Shown here piece after piece: positions 12,471 to 25,272 of a DNA stretch of 64,000 nt. The position numbers and the translations under genes were made by a program. Source of the DNA: Prorocentrum cordatum (lineage: Eukaryota); the NCBI GenBank assembly GCA_963575745.1, contig CAUYUJ010000023.1, forward strand, positions 1-64,000, read 5' to 3'. The notes beneath the pieces were generated by a model. It saw only the letters and a list, made by a program, of their open reading frames with translations, was not told the DNA's origin and did no database searches. How positions within the stretch are numbered: position 1 is the stretch's first letter; each line of letters opens with the position of its first letter.

Positions 12471-13619
12471 GCTCGAGTTGGGCTGAAAAACTATTCCTTC
12501 TCACAATTTTCTTCGATATTATATGTTGTCAGGAAGCTCTACGAGTCCCCCGGCGGTAACAAAGGTTGACGGTTTACCGCCGGCGCCCAGTAATTCCGGC
12601 GCGCCCCAGAGCTAGTTGGCTCGAAAAATCTCGACGGAACTTTTGGTGACTTTTGCTCGGTTGAAAATTTCGTTCTCGAAATTTGACCATTCGTTAGAGC
12701 TCTAGTATTTTTTCCCGTGATATTCGATCTTATTCCCGCTCGCCATCTTGATCTCAGCTCGATCGGGTGGATATTACTATCGAAAAGCTCGGTGGCGGGA
12801 TCGGCCGTTTTGAGTTATCTTCATACGCGCCGACAGTTTTCGGAACATAACTCGAGCTCTAGGGCAGCTACAGAGCTGATAAGCACAGCTAATGCATGCA
12901 GAATGATCAGGCGCGTTCGCCTGTTGAACCCAGAGGTCTGAACTCGGTCTGTCAGCCGAGCTAGGTCCGCAAACCTGTTTGTATTATTCGAGTCAACTTC
13001 ATACGCGTTGTCGGTATTTTCTACTTAACTCGAGATTTACGGCAGCTACAGTGCTGGTAAGCACTCCTATCGCACTCAGAATGATCAGATGCGTTAGCCT
13101 ATTGAATCCATAGGTCTGAACTCGGTTTGCTAGTCGAGCTAGGTCCGCAAACCTATTCGTATTATTCGAGTCAACTTGATACGCGTTGTCGTTATTCTCT
13201 ACTTAACTCGAGCTGTAGGGCAGCTACAGTGCTGGTAAGCACACCTACCGCACTCAGAATTATCAGGCGCGTTCGCCTGTTCAATCCAGAGCTCTGAACT
13301 CGGTCTCTTGCGCGATCCAGAATCACGAAACTGTTCGTATTCTTCTAGTCATCTTGAGAGCTACTGTCGGCGTTCTGCACTTAACTCGGGCTGGAGGGAG
13401 GCTGCAGGGCGGATAATCACAGGAATCGATTCGGAGCATCAGACGCGTCCGTCTGTCGCATTCAGAGGTCTGAACTCGGTCTGATACTCGTGTTGGGCTG
13501 AAAAACTATTCGTTCTCTACAATTTCTTTCGACAGTATATGTTCTCAGGAAGCTCTACGAGTCCCCCGGCGGTAAGAAAGGTTGACGGTTTACCGCCGGC
13601 GCCCAGTATCAGCTCTGTA

Positions 13620-16527
13620 GCTGTCCTAAATCTCGAGTTACGTATAGAAACCGTCAATGCGTGCCAATATGACTCGAAACGACCGACGATTCCCTCAAGT
13701 CTTGTGACAATAATATTACAGCTTCAGACCTGGGAATTTAACTAGCAGACGCGGCATAACCCGCTACGGGTGAGAAGAAAACGTGTTTGTAAAACAAATT
13801 TTCAAATTTTGCACAGAGATAGAATAACCGACCCCAAGTCGTCACATTGTCTCTTTAGGTCGGGTCGGCCAACTGGGCGCCGGCGGTAAACCGTCAACCT
13901 TTCTTACCGCCGGGGGACTCGTAGAGCTTCCTGACAAAATATAATCTGGACAAGAATTTCAGAGAACGAATAGTTTCTCAGCCCAAGCGATTATAGACCT
14001 CTCAAAATGACTCTACCAAAACAAACGAACAGTTTTCCAATCGAGCTCGAGTATGAAACCGAGTTCAGACCTCTGAATGCGACAGGCGGGCGCGTCTGAT
14101 GTCTGCGGATCGATTCCTATGATTACCAGCTCTGCAGCCCCCCCATACAGCCTGAGTTAAGTGCAGAAAACCGAGGGTACCTCTCAGGATGATCCGAATA
14201 ATACAACAGTTTCGCGGATCTCGTTCGAGCAGCAGACCGAGTTCCGAGCTCTCGGTTCGACGAACGGACGCGCCTGATGTCTCGAAATCGATTCCTGTGA
14301 CCAGCAGCACTGTAGCCCTCCCCCAGCACGATTTAAGTGCAGAAAACCGAGAGCACTGCTCAAGATAACTCCAACAATACCAATAGGTTCGCGAACCTAG
14401 CTCAGGAAGCAGGCCGAGTTCAGAGCTCTTGATTCAACAGACGAACGCGCCTGATAATTCTTAACCGATTTCTGTGATCATCAGCTCTGTGGCTGCCCTA
14501 CAGATCGAGTTAAGTACGAAAAACCGAGAGCGTCTGCTACAATGACTCGAATAATACGAATAGGTTTGCAGCCCGAGCTCGGCTAGCAGACCCAGTTTAG
14601 ACCTCTAGATTCAACAGGCGAACGCGCCTGATCATTCTGAATGCATTAGCTGTGCTGACCAGCTCTTCAGTTGTTCAGAAGCTCGAGTTATCTTGAGAAA
14701 ACCATCAGCGCGTATCAAGATGACTCGAAACGGTCGTTCCCGCCTGCCTGCTGTTTGGCCTTCAAAGTTACCCGATCGAGCTGAGATCAAGATGGCGAGC
14801 GGGAATAAGATCGAATATCATGGGAAAAAATACTAGAGCTCTAACGAATGGTCAAACTGGGCGCCGGCGGTAAACCGTCAACCTTTCTTACCGCCGGGGG
14901 ACTCGTAGAGCTCCCTGACAATATATAGTGTGGGAAAAAATCCAGAGAACGATTAGTTTTCAACCCAGGCGATTTCAGACCTCTCAAGATGACTCTAACA
15001 AAAAAACAAATAGTTTCGCAACCCAGTTCGAGTATCAGACCGAGTTTAGACCTCTGAATGCGACAGCCGGACGCGTCTGATGACTACGAATCGACTCATA
15101 TGATTACCAGCCCTGCAGCCCCCCTACAGCCCGAGTTAAGTGCAGAAAACCGACAGGATCTCTCAGGATGACTCGAATATAATAGTTTCGTGGACCTGTT
15201 TCGAGCAGCAGACCAAGTTCTGAGCTCTCGAATCGACCAACGAACGCGCCCGATGTGTGCAAATCGATTTTTATGACCCGGAGCACTGTAGCCCTCCCCG
15301 AGCACGAGTTGGGTGCAGGAAAATGAGAGCACTTTTAACGATGATTCAGACAATACGAATAGCTTCGCGAACCAAGCTCGGGCAGCAGGCCGAGTTCAGA
15401 CCTCTTGATACAAGAGACAAACGCGCCCGATAATTCCCAATCGATTTCTGTGACTATAGACTCTGTAGCTGCCCTGCAGCTCGAGTTAAGTACAGAAAAC
15501 CGAGAACGTTTATCAAGATGCCTCGAAGAATACGAATAGATTTGCGGACCTAGCTCGACTCGCACAGCGAGTTCAGACCTCTGAAGTCAAGAGGCGAACG
15601 CGCCCGATGATTCTGAGTGCGATGGATGTGCTTACCAGCTCTGTAGCTGCCCTGCAGCTCGAATTGAGTACACAATACCCACCACGCGTATGAAGTTGAC
15701 TCGAATAATACGAATAGGTCTGCGGGCCTAGCTCGGCTAGCAGATCGAGTTCAGACCTATCGATTCCACAAGCGAACGCGCCTGATAATTCTGAGTGCGA
15801 TAGGTGTGCTTATCAGCACTGTAGCCGCCCTACAGCTCGAGTTAAGTAGAAATATCGATAACGCGTATCAAGTTGACTCGAATAATACGAATAGGTTTGC
15901 GGATCAAGCTCGGCTAGCAGAGCGAGTTCAGACCTCTGGATTCAACAGGCGAACGCGCCTGATAATTCTGAGTGCGATAGGTGTGCTTACTTACCAGCAC
16001 TGTAGCTGCCCTACAGCTCGAGTTAAGTACAAAATACAGACAACGCGTATCAAGATGACTCGAAACGGCCGTTCCCGCCGGGACGCTTTTTGGCAGTAAA
16101 AGGTACCCGATCGAGCTGAGATCAAGATGGCGAGCGGGAATAAGATCGAATATCACGGGAAAAAATACTAGAGCTCTAACGAATTGTTGAATTTCGAGAA
16201 CAAAATTTTCAATCGACCAAAAGTCACCAAAAGGTCCGTCGAGATTTTTCTTGCCAACTAGCTCTCCAGCGCTCCGGAATTACTCTCAAGCTTCCAGCAA
16301 GAACTTGCTAAGGGAAGCTCTACGAGTTATTTTGAGAACAAAATTTTCAACCGACCAAAAGTCATCAAAAGGTCCGTCGAGATTTTTCTTGCCAACTAGC
16401 TCTCCAGCTCCCCGGAATTACTCTTAAGCTTCCAGCAATAACTTGCTAAGGGAAGCTCTACGAGTTACTAGCTCCACCTGCGACCGAATTCCTCTAAGCC
16501 CATCTTGCCGAAAAGCTCTACGAGGTA
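13620..16527 (-). mobile_element. Minus-strand nest: B (14857-16329) inside B (13873-16467) inside A
   Basis: Reverse-complement termini CTGGGCGCCGGCGGTAAACC at 13873 and 14857, CTACGAGTTA at 16329 and 16467, CTACGAGGTA at 16527. Hosts rejoin across each insertion. Confidence 0.8.
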
Positions 16528-16732
16528 AGAAAACGCACACGAGAAAACCTTCCTGGCAAACCCACGGAGGCACGCGTGAAGCTCTTCTGGGGCTCTAGGG
16601 GGCGCCCCAGCAGCGCTTCCGAAGCGCTGCCGAAAACGCTTCCACGCGTGCCTGCATGCGTGCGGGCGCGCGTGGAAGCTTGCCGGAAGCTTCCCCGGAC
16701 ACGATACCGGATCGAACGAGCTGCTGCGGGAA

Positions 16733-19700
16733 TGACTCGTAGAGCTTCCCTGAGGGCGCAGCGACGAATCTTTAGAGTAACTCGTAGAGCTTCGCTTAGC
16801 AAGTAACTCGTAGAGCCTTCCTTAGCATGTTATTGCTGGAAGCTTTAGAGTAATTCCGGAGCGCTGGAGAGCTAGTTGGCAAGAAAATTCTCGACGGAAC
16901 TTTTGATGACTTCTTCCCGGGTCCTTGGAGAGCTGCGGGTTTCAGAGAAGAAGCCGGCGATGGGTGGTGAGGAGCACACGCCCACTTCCGCCGGTCCACG
17001 ATCCCCGCAGCGACTCGCCGGAGGTTCCAGCGGGTCCGGGAGCGTGGCTTCCTAGCGTTTCCCAATACGCGTGGCTCCAGGGTGCGCGAAGCGCTTTTGC
17101 AGAGCTTCGGAAGAGCTTCGGCAGTTCTTCCAGGCTCCTAGGCAGATCTTCCTTGGGCGCTTTGCAGGGCTCGACGCATCGTAAACGGCGCCCCTACAAG
17201 CGTCTCCTGCGAGGTTTCCAGCGTTTCACGCATCGTTTCAGGCAGCCTGGCAGAGATCCCCGTGCGGCGTTCCGCGCTTGGCTGCGCTATCCGGGTTTGC
17301 GATGCTTACAAGTGCTCGATTGAAAATTCCCGGATAGCTTCTTGGAGAGCTGAGGGTTTCAGAGAAGAAGCCGGAGGTGGGTGGTGAGGGAGACACGCCC
17401 ATCCCCGCCGGTCCACGATTCTCGCAGCAACTTGCCGGAGCTTGGAGCGGGTCCGGGAGCGTGGCTTCCTAGCGTTTCCCAATACGCGTGGCTCAAGAGT
17501 GCGCGAAGCGCTTCGGCAGAGCTTCGGCAGAGCTTCGCCAGTACTCGCAGGCACCTAGGCAGAGTCGTCGTGGTAGGTAACTCGTAGAGCTTGCCTTAGC
17601 AAGTTATTGCTGGAAGCTTAAGAGTAATTCCACGAGCTGGAGAGCTAGTTGGCAACAAAAATCTCGACGGACCTTTTGGTGACTTTTGTTCGGTCGAACA
17701 TTTTGTTCTCGAAATTTTAACATTCGTTAGAGCTCTAGTATTCTTTCCCATGATATTCGATCTTATTCCCGATCGCCATCTTGATCTCAGCTCGATCGGG
17801 TAACTTTGAAGGCCAAAAAGCAGGCAGGCGGGAACGGCCGTTTCGAGTCATCTTGATACGCGCTGTCGGTATTTTGTACTTAACTCGATCTGTAGGGCAG
17901 CTACAGAGCTGGTAAGCACACCTATCGCATTCAGAATGATCAGGCGCGTTAGCCTGTTGAATCCAGAGGTCTGAAATCGGTAAACTTGGTCTGCTAGCCG
18001 AGCTAGGTCCGCAAACCTATTCGTATTATTCGAGTCATTTCGACAGACGCTCTCCGTTTTCTGTACTTAACTCGAGCTGTAAGGCAGCTACATGGCTCAT
18101 TGTCACAGAGATCGATGGGGAATCATCAGTCGCGTTCGTTATGAAACCGAGAGCTCTGAATTCGGCCTGCTGCCCGAGCTAGGTTCGCAAAACTGTTTGT
18201 ATTGTCTGAACCATCTTGAGAAGTGCTCTCAATTTTCTGCACTCCTATCGACGGCTACAGTGCTGCGGGTCACATATATCGATTTGCGCACATCAGGCGC
18301 GACTGTTGATCGATATCAGAGCTCGGAACTCGGACTGCTGCTCGAACTAGGTCTGCGAAGCTATTCTATTATTCGAGTCGATACTGTCGGTTTTCTGCAC
18401 TTAACTCGGGCTGTAGGGGAGCTGCAAGGCTGGGAATCACATGAGTGGGTTCGCAGACATCAGACGCGCCCGCCTGTCGCATTCAGAGGTCTGAACTCGG
18501 TTCGATTCTCGAACTGGGTTGCGACAATGTTTGTTTTTTGGTTGGAGTCATCTTGAGGGGTCTCAAATCGCCTGGGCTGAAAAACTAGTCGTTCTTAGGA
18601 GTTTTTTCACACTATATACTGTCAGGAAGCTCTACGAGTCCCCGGCGGTAAGAAAGGTTGACGGTTTGCCGGCGCCCAGTTTCACAGAGCCCCGCGCGTC
18701 GTGAAAGGCGCCCTCGCAGGCGTCTCCTGCGAGGTTTCCAGCGCCCCACGCATCGTTCCAGGCGGCCGGGCAGAGGTCGCCGTGCGGCGCTTTGGAGCTC
18801 TCTGCGCTTCGTGCCTTGCCTCGCTATCCGGGTTTTGGACGCTTACAAGTTTTGTTCTCGAAATACCTCGTAGTGCTCTTCGCCAACGATGAGCTAGAGG
18901 AATTCCGGCGCGGGGCGGAGCTAGTTGGCCGACCCGGCCAGAAAGGACTAAGTGATAACTTTTGGCTGGTTTTGCATGTTTTTCAAGATATTCGACAATT
19001 TTATTTTGAACAAACAGATTTTTACTCGAGCATTGACATATAAACTTCGTTCCCTGAGGAGCTGAGCCCTCTAGAGCCATTTTCAGTACCAGCTGACTTA
19101 GAGCAACCGACTTCACTCCGAAAAATCTCAACTCGAAGTTATTGTAGGAGAGCTCCCAGAAGCTTTCCCTTTCACGGATGCAAGGAGCTCTACGAGGTTC
19201 CCGGCGGTGACCAGATTGACGGTTTACCGCCGGCGCCAGTTTGACCATTCGTTAGAGCTCTAGTATTTTTTCCTGTGATATTCGATCTTATTCCCGCGCG
19301 CTATCTTGATCTCAGCTCGATCGGGTAACTTTGAAGGGCAAAACACACTCTGGCGGGAACGCCCGTTTCGAGTCATCTTGATACCCGCTGTCGGTTTTCT
19401 GAACATGACTCGAGCTCTAGGGCAGCTACAGGGCCCTAGAGCAGCTATTGCACGCAGAATAATCAGACGCGTTCGTCTGTTGAACCCAGAGGTCTGAAGT
19501 TGGTCTGTGAGCCGAGCTAGGTCCGGAAAACTGTTCGTATGATTCGAGTCATCTTGACAGAAACTCTCGGTTTTCTGGTCTTAAGTCGAGCTGTAAGACA
19601 GCTACAGAGCTGTCAAGCACACCTATCGCAGTCAGAATAATTAGGCGCGTTCGTGTTAAATCTAGAGGTCTGAACTCGGTCTGTTAGCCGAGCTAGGTCC

Positions 19701-22700
19701 GCAAACCTATTCGTATTATTTAGGTTATCTTGATAGGCGCCCTCGGTTTTCTGTACTTAACTCGAGCCGTAGGGCAGCTAAAGAGCTCGTAGTCACAGAA
19801 ATCTATGGGAAATCACCAGGCGCCTTTGTTCGTTGACTCGAGAGCACTGAACTTGGCCTGCTGCCCGAGCTAGGTTCGCAAAACTATTCGTATTGTTCGA
19901 GTCATCCTGAGAAGTGCTGTCGGTATTTCGTGCTGGGGGGAGGCTACAGTGCTGCTGGGGACAGCAATCGATTTAGAGACATCAGGCGCATCCGCCTGTG
20001 GAGACCAGAGCTCGGAACTCGTCTGCTGCCCGAATTAGGTCTGCGAAACTACTGTATTGTTGGAGTCATCCTGAGAGGTGCTGTCAGTTTTCTGCACTCA
20101 ACTCGGGCTGTAGGGGGGCTGCAGGGCTGGTAATGATAGAAGTCGACTCGCAGACATCAGACGCGTCCGCCTGTCGCATTGAGAGGACAGAAAATATTTA
20201 CTATGAGTCGGAATGTTGGTAGGTCCTCGGTGTTCTCAACTTCAGTCGAGCTGGAAGCTCTACGAGTCTCCCGGCGGTAACCAAGGTTGACGGTTTACCG
20301 CCGGCGTCCAGTTAATGCTGGAAGCTAAGAGTAATTCCGGCGCGCGGGAGAGCTAGTGACTCGTAGAGCTTCCCTGAGAGCGTAGCGGCGAAGCTTAAGA
20401 GTAATTCGAAAACGCTGGCAGGCTAGTTGGCTCGAAAAAAAAGAACTGAACTTTTCACAACTTTTGCTCGGTTGAAAATTATGTTCTTGAAATTCAACAA
20501 TTCGTTTGAGCTCTAGTATTTTTTCCCGTGATATTCGATCTTATTCCCGCTCACCATCTTGATCTCAGCTCGATCGGGTGCATATTACTATCGAAAAGCA
20601 CTGTGGCGGGATCGGCCGTTTCGAGTCATCTTGATATGCGGTGTCGGTTTTTTTTACTTAACTCGAGCTGTAGAAGAGCTACAGAGCTGGTAAGCACACC
20701 TATCGCATTCAGAATCATCAGGCGCGTTCGCCTGTTGAATCTAGAGGTCTGAATTCGGTCTGCTAGCCGAGCTTGGTCCGCAAACCTATTCGTATTATTC
20801 GAGTCATCTTGACAGACGCTCTCGTTTTTCTGTACTTAACTCGAGCTGTAGGGCAGCTACAGAGCTGGTAAGCACAGCTATCGCATTCAGAATCATCAGG
20901 CGCGTTCGCCTGTTAAATCTAGAGGACTGAATCCGGTCTGCTAGCCGAGCTAGATCGCAAACCTATTCGTATTATTCGAGTCATCTTGACAGACGCTCTC
21001 GGTTTTCTGTACTTAACTCGAGCTGTAGGGCAGCTACAGAGCTGTAAGCACAGCTATCGCATTCAGAATCATTAGGCACGTTCGCCTGTTGAATCTAGAG
21101 GTCTGAATTCGATCTGCTAGCAGAGCTAGGTCCGCAAACCTATTCGTATTATTCGAGTCATCTTGACAGACGCTCTCTGTTTTCTGTACTTAACGCGAGC
21201 TGTAGGGCAGCTACAGAGCTCATAGTCAGAAATCGATCGGGAATTACCAGGCGCGTTCGTCTGTTGATTCGAGAGCTCTAAAATCGGCCTGCTGCTCGAG
21301 CTAGGTTCGGAAAACTATTCGTATTGTCCGAATCATCTTGAGAAATGCTTTAATTTTCTGCACTCAACTGGGGGGGGTACAGTGCTGCGGGTCACACACA
21401 TCGATTTGCACAGATGAGGCTCGTTCGTCGGTCGATTCTAGAGCTCGGAACTCGGTCTGCTGCTCGATTTAGATCCGCGAAACTATTGTATTATTCGAGT
21501 CATCCTGAGAGATGTTGTCAGTTTTCTGCACTTAACTCGGTCTTCAGCGGGGCTCCATGGCTGTTAATCACATGGGTCGATTTGCAGACATCAGACGCGT
21601 CCGCCTAGTGCATTCAGAGGTCTGAAGTTGGTTTGATACTCGAACTGGATTGCGAAACTATTTGTTTTTCCTTAGAGTGATCTTGAGAGTCTGAAATCGC
21701 TTGGGCTGAAAAACTAGTCGTTCTCTGGAGTGTTTTTTCCACACTATATGCTGTCAGGAAGCTCTACGAGTCCCCCGGCGGTAACAAAGGTTGACGGTTT
21801 ACCGCCGGCGCCCAGTTGGCTCGAATAAAAAGAACTGAACTTTTCACAACTTTTTCTCGGGTGAAAATTTTGTTCTCGAATTTCGACAATTCGTTTGAGC
21901 TCTAGTATTTTTTCCCGTGATATTCGATCTTATTCCCGCTCGACATCTTGATCTGAGCTCGATCGGATGAATATTACTATCGAAAAGCACTGTGGCGGGA
22001 TCGGCCGTTTCGAGTCATCTTGATGCACGCTGACGGTTTTTCTCAACACAACTCGAGCTGTAGGACAGCTACAGAGCTGGTAGGCACAGCTAATCGATGA
22101 AGAATGGAAAGGCGCGTCCGCCTGTCGAATCCAGAGGCCTGAACTCGGTCTGTTAGCCGAGCTAAGTGCGCAAACCTATTCGTATTATTCGAGTCATCTT
22201 GACAGGCGCTCTCGGTTTTCCGTACTTAACTCGAGCTGTAGGACAGCTACAGAGCTGATATTTACAGGAACTGATTCAGAATCATCAGTTGCGTTTGTCT
22301 GTCGAACCCAGAGCTCTGAACTCGGTTTGCTGCCCGATCTAGAATCACAAAATTATTCGTATTGGTCGAGTTATCTTGAGAAGTGCTATCGGTTTCCTTC
22401 ACTCAACTCGCGCTGAGGGGGGCTACAGTGCTTTTTCTCACAGAAATCGATTTGAAGAAATCAGGCGTGTCCGCCTGTCGAATCCAGAGCTCGGAACTCG
22501 GTCTGCTGTCCGAACTAGGTCCGCATAATGATTGTATTGTTCGAGTCATCCTGAGAGGTGCTGTCGGTTTTCCGCACTTAAATCGGGCTATAGGGGTGGT
22601 AATGAGAAGTCGATTCGCAGACATAAGACGCGTCCCCCTGTCGCATTCAGAGGTGAAAAAATATTCACTATGAGTCGGAATGTTGGTAGGTGCTGTCGGT

Positions 22701-23542
22701 TGTCTCAACTGAAGTCGAGCTAGAAAGCTCTACGAGTTTCCCGGCGGTAACCAAGGTTGACGGTTTACCGCCGGCGCCCAGTAATTCGAAAACGCTGGCA
22801 GGCTAGTTGGCTCGAAAAATCTCGACTGAACTTTTCACAACTTTTGCTCGGTTCAAAATTTTGTTCTCGAAATTTGACAATTCGTTTGAGCTCTAGTATT
22901 TTTTCCCGTGATATTTGATCTTATTCCCGCTCGCCATCTTGCTCTGCGCTCGATCGGATGAATATTACTATCGAAAAGCACTGTGGCGGGATCGGCTGTT
23001 TTGAGTTATCTTGATACGTGCTGACGGTTTTCTGAACATAACTCGAGCTTTAGGACAGCTACAGAGCTGGTAAGCACAGCTAATCGATGTAGAATGATTA
23101 GGCGCGTTTGGCTGTTCAATCGAGAGGTCTGAACTCGGTCTGTCAGCCGAGCTAGGTCCGCAAACCTGTTCGTATTATTCGAGTCATCTTGAACTCTCGG
23201 TTTTCTACAATTAACTCGAGCTGTAGGACAGCTACAGAGCTGATATTTACAGAAACCGATTCAGAATCCCCAGTTGCGTTTTTCTGTTGAATCCGGAGCT
23301 CTGAACTCGGTCTGCTGCCCGATCTAGAATTTGTATTGCTCGAGTCATCTTGATAAGTGGTCTCGGTTTTCTTTTCCCAACTCGCGCTGAGGGGGCTACG
23401 CTGGTGGTCACAGGAATCGATTTGAAGACATCAGGCGCGTCCGCCTGTTGAATCCAGAGCTCGGAACTCGGTCTGCTGCCCAAATTAGATCTGCAAAACT
23501 TCTATATTGTTCGAGTCATTCTCAGAAGTGCTGTCGGTTTTC
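16733..23542 (+). mobile_element. Five-level nest of B, D and A elements
   Basis: B1 (starts 16733) contains B2 (16778-22781), which contains B3 (16804-20311), which contains D (17327-18849), which contains B (17578-18679). B3 also holds D (16914-17312) and A (18864-19239). B2 also holds B (20357-21815). Confidence 0.85.
17327..18849 (+). mobile_element. Family D GC-rich element interrupted by a B element
   Basis: 5' TTCCCGGATAGC ... 3' GCTATCCGGG-TTTTGGACGCTTACAAG. Empty site TGAAAA|TTTTGTTCTCG. Confidence 0.75.
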
Positions 23543-23543
23543 C

Positions 23544-23602
23544 TGGCTCAAGGCTCAAGGCTCAAGGGTCTCAAGGGTCTCAAGGGTCTCAAGGGTCTCG
23601 AG
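23544..23602 (+). repeat. Spliced-leader-like tandem repeats at the LINE 5' end
   Basis: TGGCTCAAG-GCTCAAG-GCTCAAG-(GGTCTCAAG)3-GGTCTCGAG. The dinoflagellate spliced leader ends TTTTGGCTCAAG. Confidence 0.6.
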
Positions 23603-23775
23603 ACGTCAGGGTTCGACGTCGAACAGGGCCCACGTCAGGGCGCACACACAGGCTTGCCTCAAGCCCCCCTCTCGTGCGGTGCGTGTTTGACGTATCGCGG
23701 GGGCTGTGTTCACATTGAATCCTCGCTCTCGTCCTTGATATCAAGATATCGTGGGGATCGCAGGAAGATCAGGAT

Positions 23776-25272
23776 TTGTCTGGATTTTACAAAAGACCAC
23801 TGTGGGCGGTTGGATTGAAAACGGACTCGCAGGGAGCATATATTATACCGTCAGAAGACGATCAGAGTGAATATTTCACGTCAGCTGACTTTGGTGTGGA
23901 TAGTGACCCACATCCGTGTGATTGGTTGAAAGACACATCAGCTACTGTGCCGCGATTAACGACGCAGGAGAAGAGGGAAGATCAGATAGCACTTGAGTTG
24001 GAAATTTCCCCACCAGAGGCATTTGTTCAGCAGGAGGCGTACGATTTCAAGAAGATTGGGCAATCAGATAGATATCAGGCTGCACTTCACACATTGCGTA
24101 CAGTCAAAGAGAGGAATAAACGACGTCCGTCAGCAATCATGGCGGATGACAAAGCAGAAGATAGCAAAATGGGAGGGAATGCGAGTAGTGAATGGTTGAG
24201 AGAGGTGAGGGCGAAAGGGGAGGGCAAAGGCTCCAGTGCTTCGAGTGGTCTGGCCGCGGCTTCCAGTGCTGCTGTCCAGGCGCCTCATTTAGCTACAGCC
24301 CAAGTCCCCAATGCTACGAGTGGTCTGGCCGTGGCCCAAAGTGCTGCTGTCCAGGCGCCTCAACCAGCTACAATGACGCCCGAGGAAATGTTCAGACAGA
24401 TTTTGAAAGGCCAGAGTGAAGTAACTGCGACGGTTAGTGAGTTCAAAACATCGGTTGCAGCTGATTTACATGTCATGGAGGAGAAGATTGATAGAACAAC
24501 GTCAGATGTCAAAACGTTATCGGAGCAAATGAAACAGGCCCAAGCTGACATTCAGAATCTGAAAAATGGAGACGCTCAATCTTGCGCAAGCGGTTCGACT
24601 AGATACGGATCAGGTGACGCGGGCAGTGGTGCAGGGCATAATTCGAACTGGGTACCATCATATATTGAGTTCAAAGGATGGATATCACGTGAGGGTTGGA
24701 AGAATAGAGAGATAAAACAAAGGGAGGCCATGAAACAACAGGTGCTGACCGACAACATAACGAAATTATTGGGATTGGCATCGCTGGACGCAACACATAA
24801 TGCTGCTTTTGATCATGCGAGAACTGCGGGGGAGAATACTGGCAGGTACTGGCCATACACACGGGGGCGGATCTATTTCAAAAAGGGGGCGGCAGTGGAT
24901 ATCATATGGCAGGTTCGGAATTGTTTCGACAGCGAATACAAGAGAGGAAACACTGACCTCCCACCGAATGTAAAGTTTCATGTTGAATGCGCGCCATGGA
25001 GAACACCCCATGTCCAACAGGTTGGTAAGTTCCAGAGTTGCTTTGCGGAAGTGAAGAAAACGACGGGGACCATGTGCAAGGGGGAGCCAGGGCCGCCAAA
25101 ATCATACATATGGTTTACACAAAACCCACAGGCAGATCCAGACACAAGAGTACTGATTGCTGAGTGGGGTGTACACAGCGGGTGGGCGCTACACACTAAT
25201 AATCTGAGGAGGGTGGAGCCTGAGGTGGATCAAGAGGGGTTACTCACGAAGCTCAGACAGACGAACAATTGA
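23776..25272 (+). CDS. LINE ORF1 protein (coiled coil plus probable RRM-like region); first in-frame ATG at 24139
   Basis: Long ORF upstream of APE-RT. Heptad segment VSEFKTSVAADLHVMEEKIDRTTSDVKTLSEQMKQAQADIQNLK followed by WVPSYIEFKGW. Contains a 75-bp internal duplication. Confidence 0.7.
   Translation: MSGFYKRPLWAVGLKTDSQGAYIIPSEDDQSEYFTSADFGVDSDPHPCDWLKDTSATVPRLTTQEKREDQIALELEISPPEAFVQQEAYDFKKIGQSDRYQAALHTLRTVKERNKRRPSAIMADDKAEDSKMGGNASSEWLREVRAKGEGKGSSASSGLAAASSAAVQAPHLATAQVPNATSGLAVAQSAAVQAPQPATMTPEEMFRQILKGQSEVTATVSEFKTSVAADLHVMEEKIDRTTSDVKTLSEQMKQAQADIQNLKNGDAQSCASGSTRYGSGDAGSGAGHNSNWVPSYIEFKGWISREGWKNREIKQREAMKQQVLTDNITKLLGLASLDATHNAAFDHARTAGENTGRYWPYTRGRIYFKKGAAVDIIWQVRNCFDSEYKRGNTDLPPNVKFHVECAPWRTPHVQQVGKFQSCFAEVKKTTGTMCKGEPGPPKSYIWFTQNPQADPDTRVLIAEWGVHSGWALHTNNLRRVEPEVDQEGLLTKLRQTNN

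Larger units (their letters stand above)
1..13606 (+). mobile_element. Nested cluster of non-autonomous Helitron2/Helentron-like elements (families A and B), essentially all in + orientation
   Basis: Recurrent 5' ends TACCTCGTAGAGCTC (A) and TAACTCGTAGAGCTTCC (B). Recurrent 3' ends GAGCTCTACGAGGT (A) or GGAAGCTCTACGAGT (B), then a CCGGCGGT[G/A]A..T[C/T]ACCGCCGG hairpin and CGCC(C)AG. After most 3' ends the interrupted host element resumes where it was cut (5414, 6732, 8464, 8801). Some hosts start upstream of the window. Confidence 0.85.

Noticed and set aside
421..13606. Recurrent ~55-bp hairpin motif read as a CRISPR repeat or integron attC array
   Set aside because: Spacing is irregular (0.3-1.7 kb), the intervening DNA is itself repeated, there is no cas gene or integrase, and the motif behaves as a nested element 3' end.
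158..23500. Dozens of 60-190 aa ORFs (e.g. MIFDLIPARHLDLSSIG..., MNRQP...)
   Set aside because: They are chance frames in non-coding repeats; stops and frameshifts differ between copies and no domain motifs are visible.
23630..23700. HDV-like ribozyme in the LINE 5' UTR
   Set aside because: P3, P1.1 and J4/2 cannot be built. It reads as a simple hairpin (ACGTCAG..GCGCAC/GTGCGT..TTGACGT).
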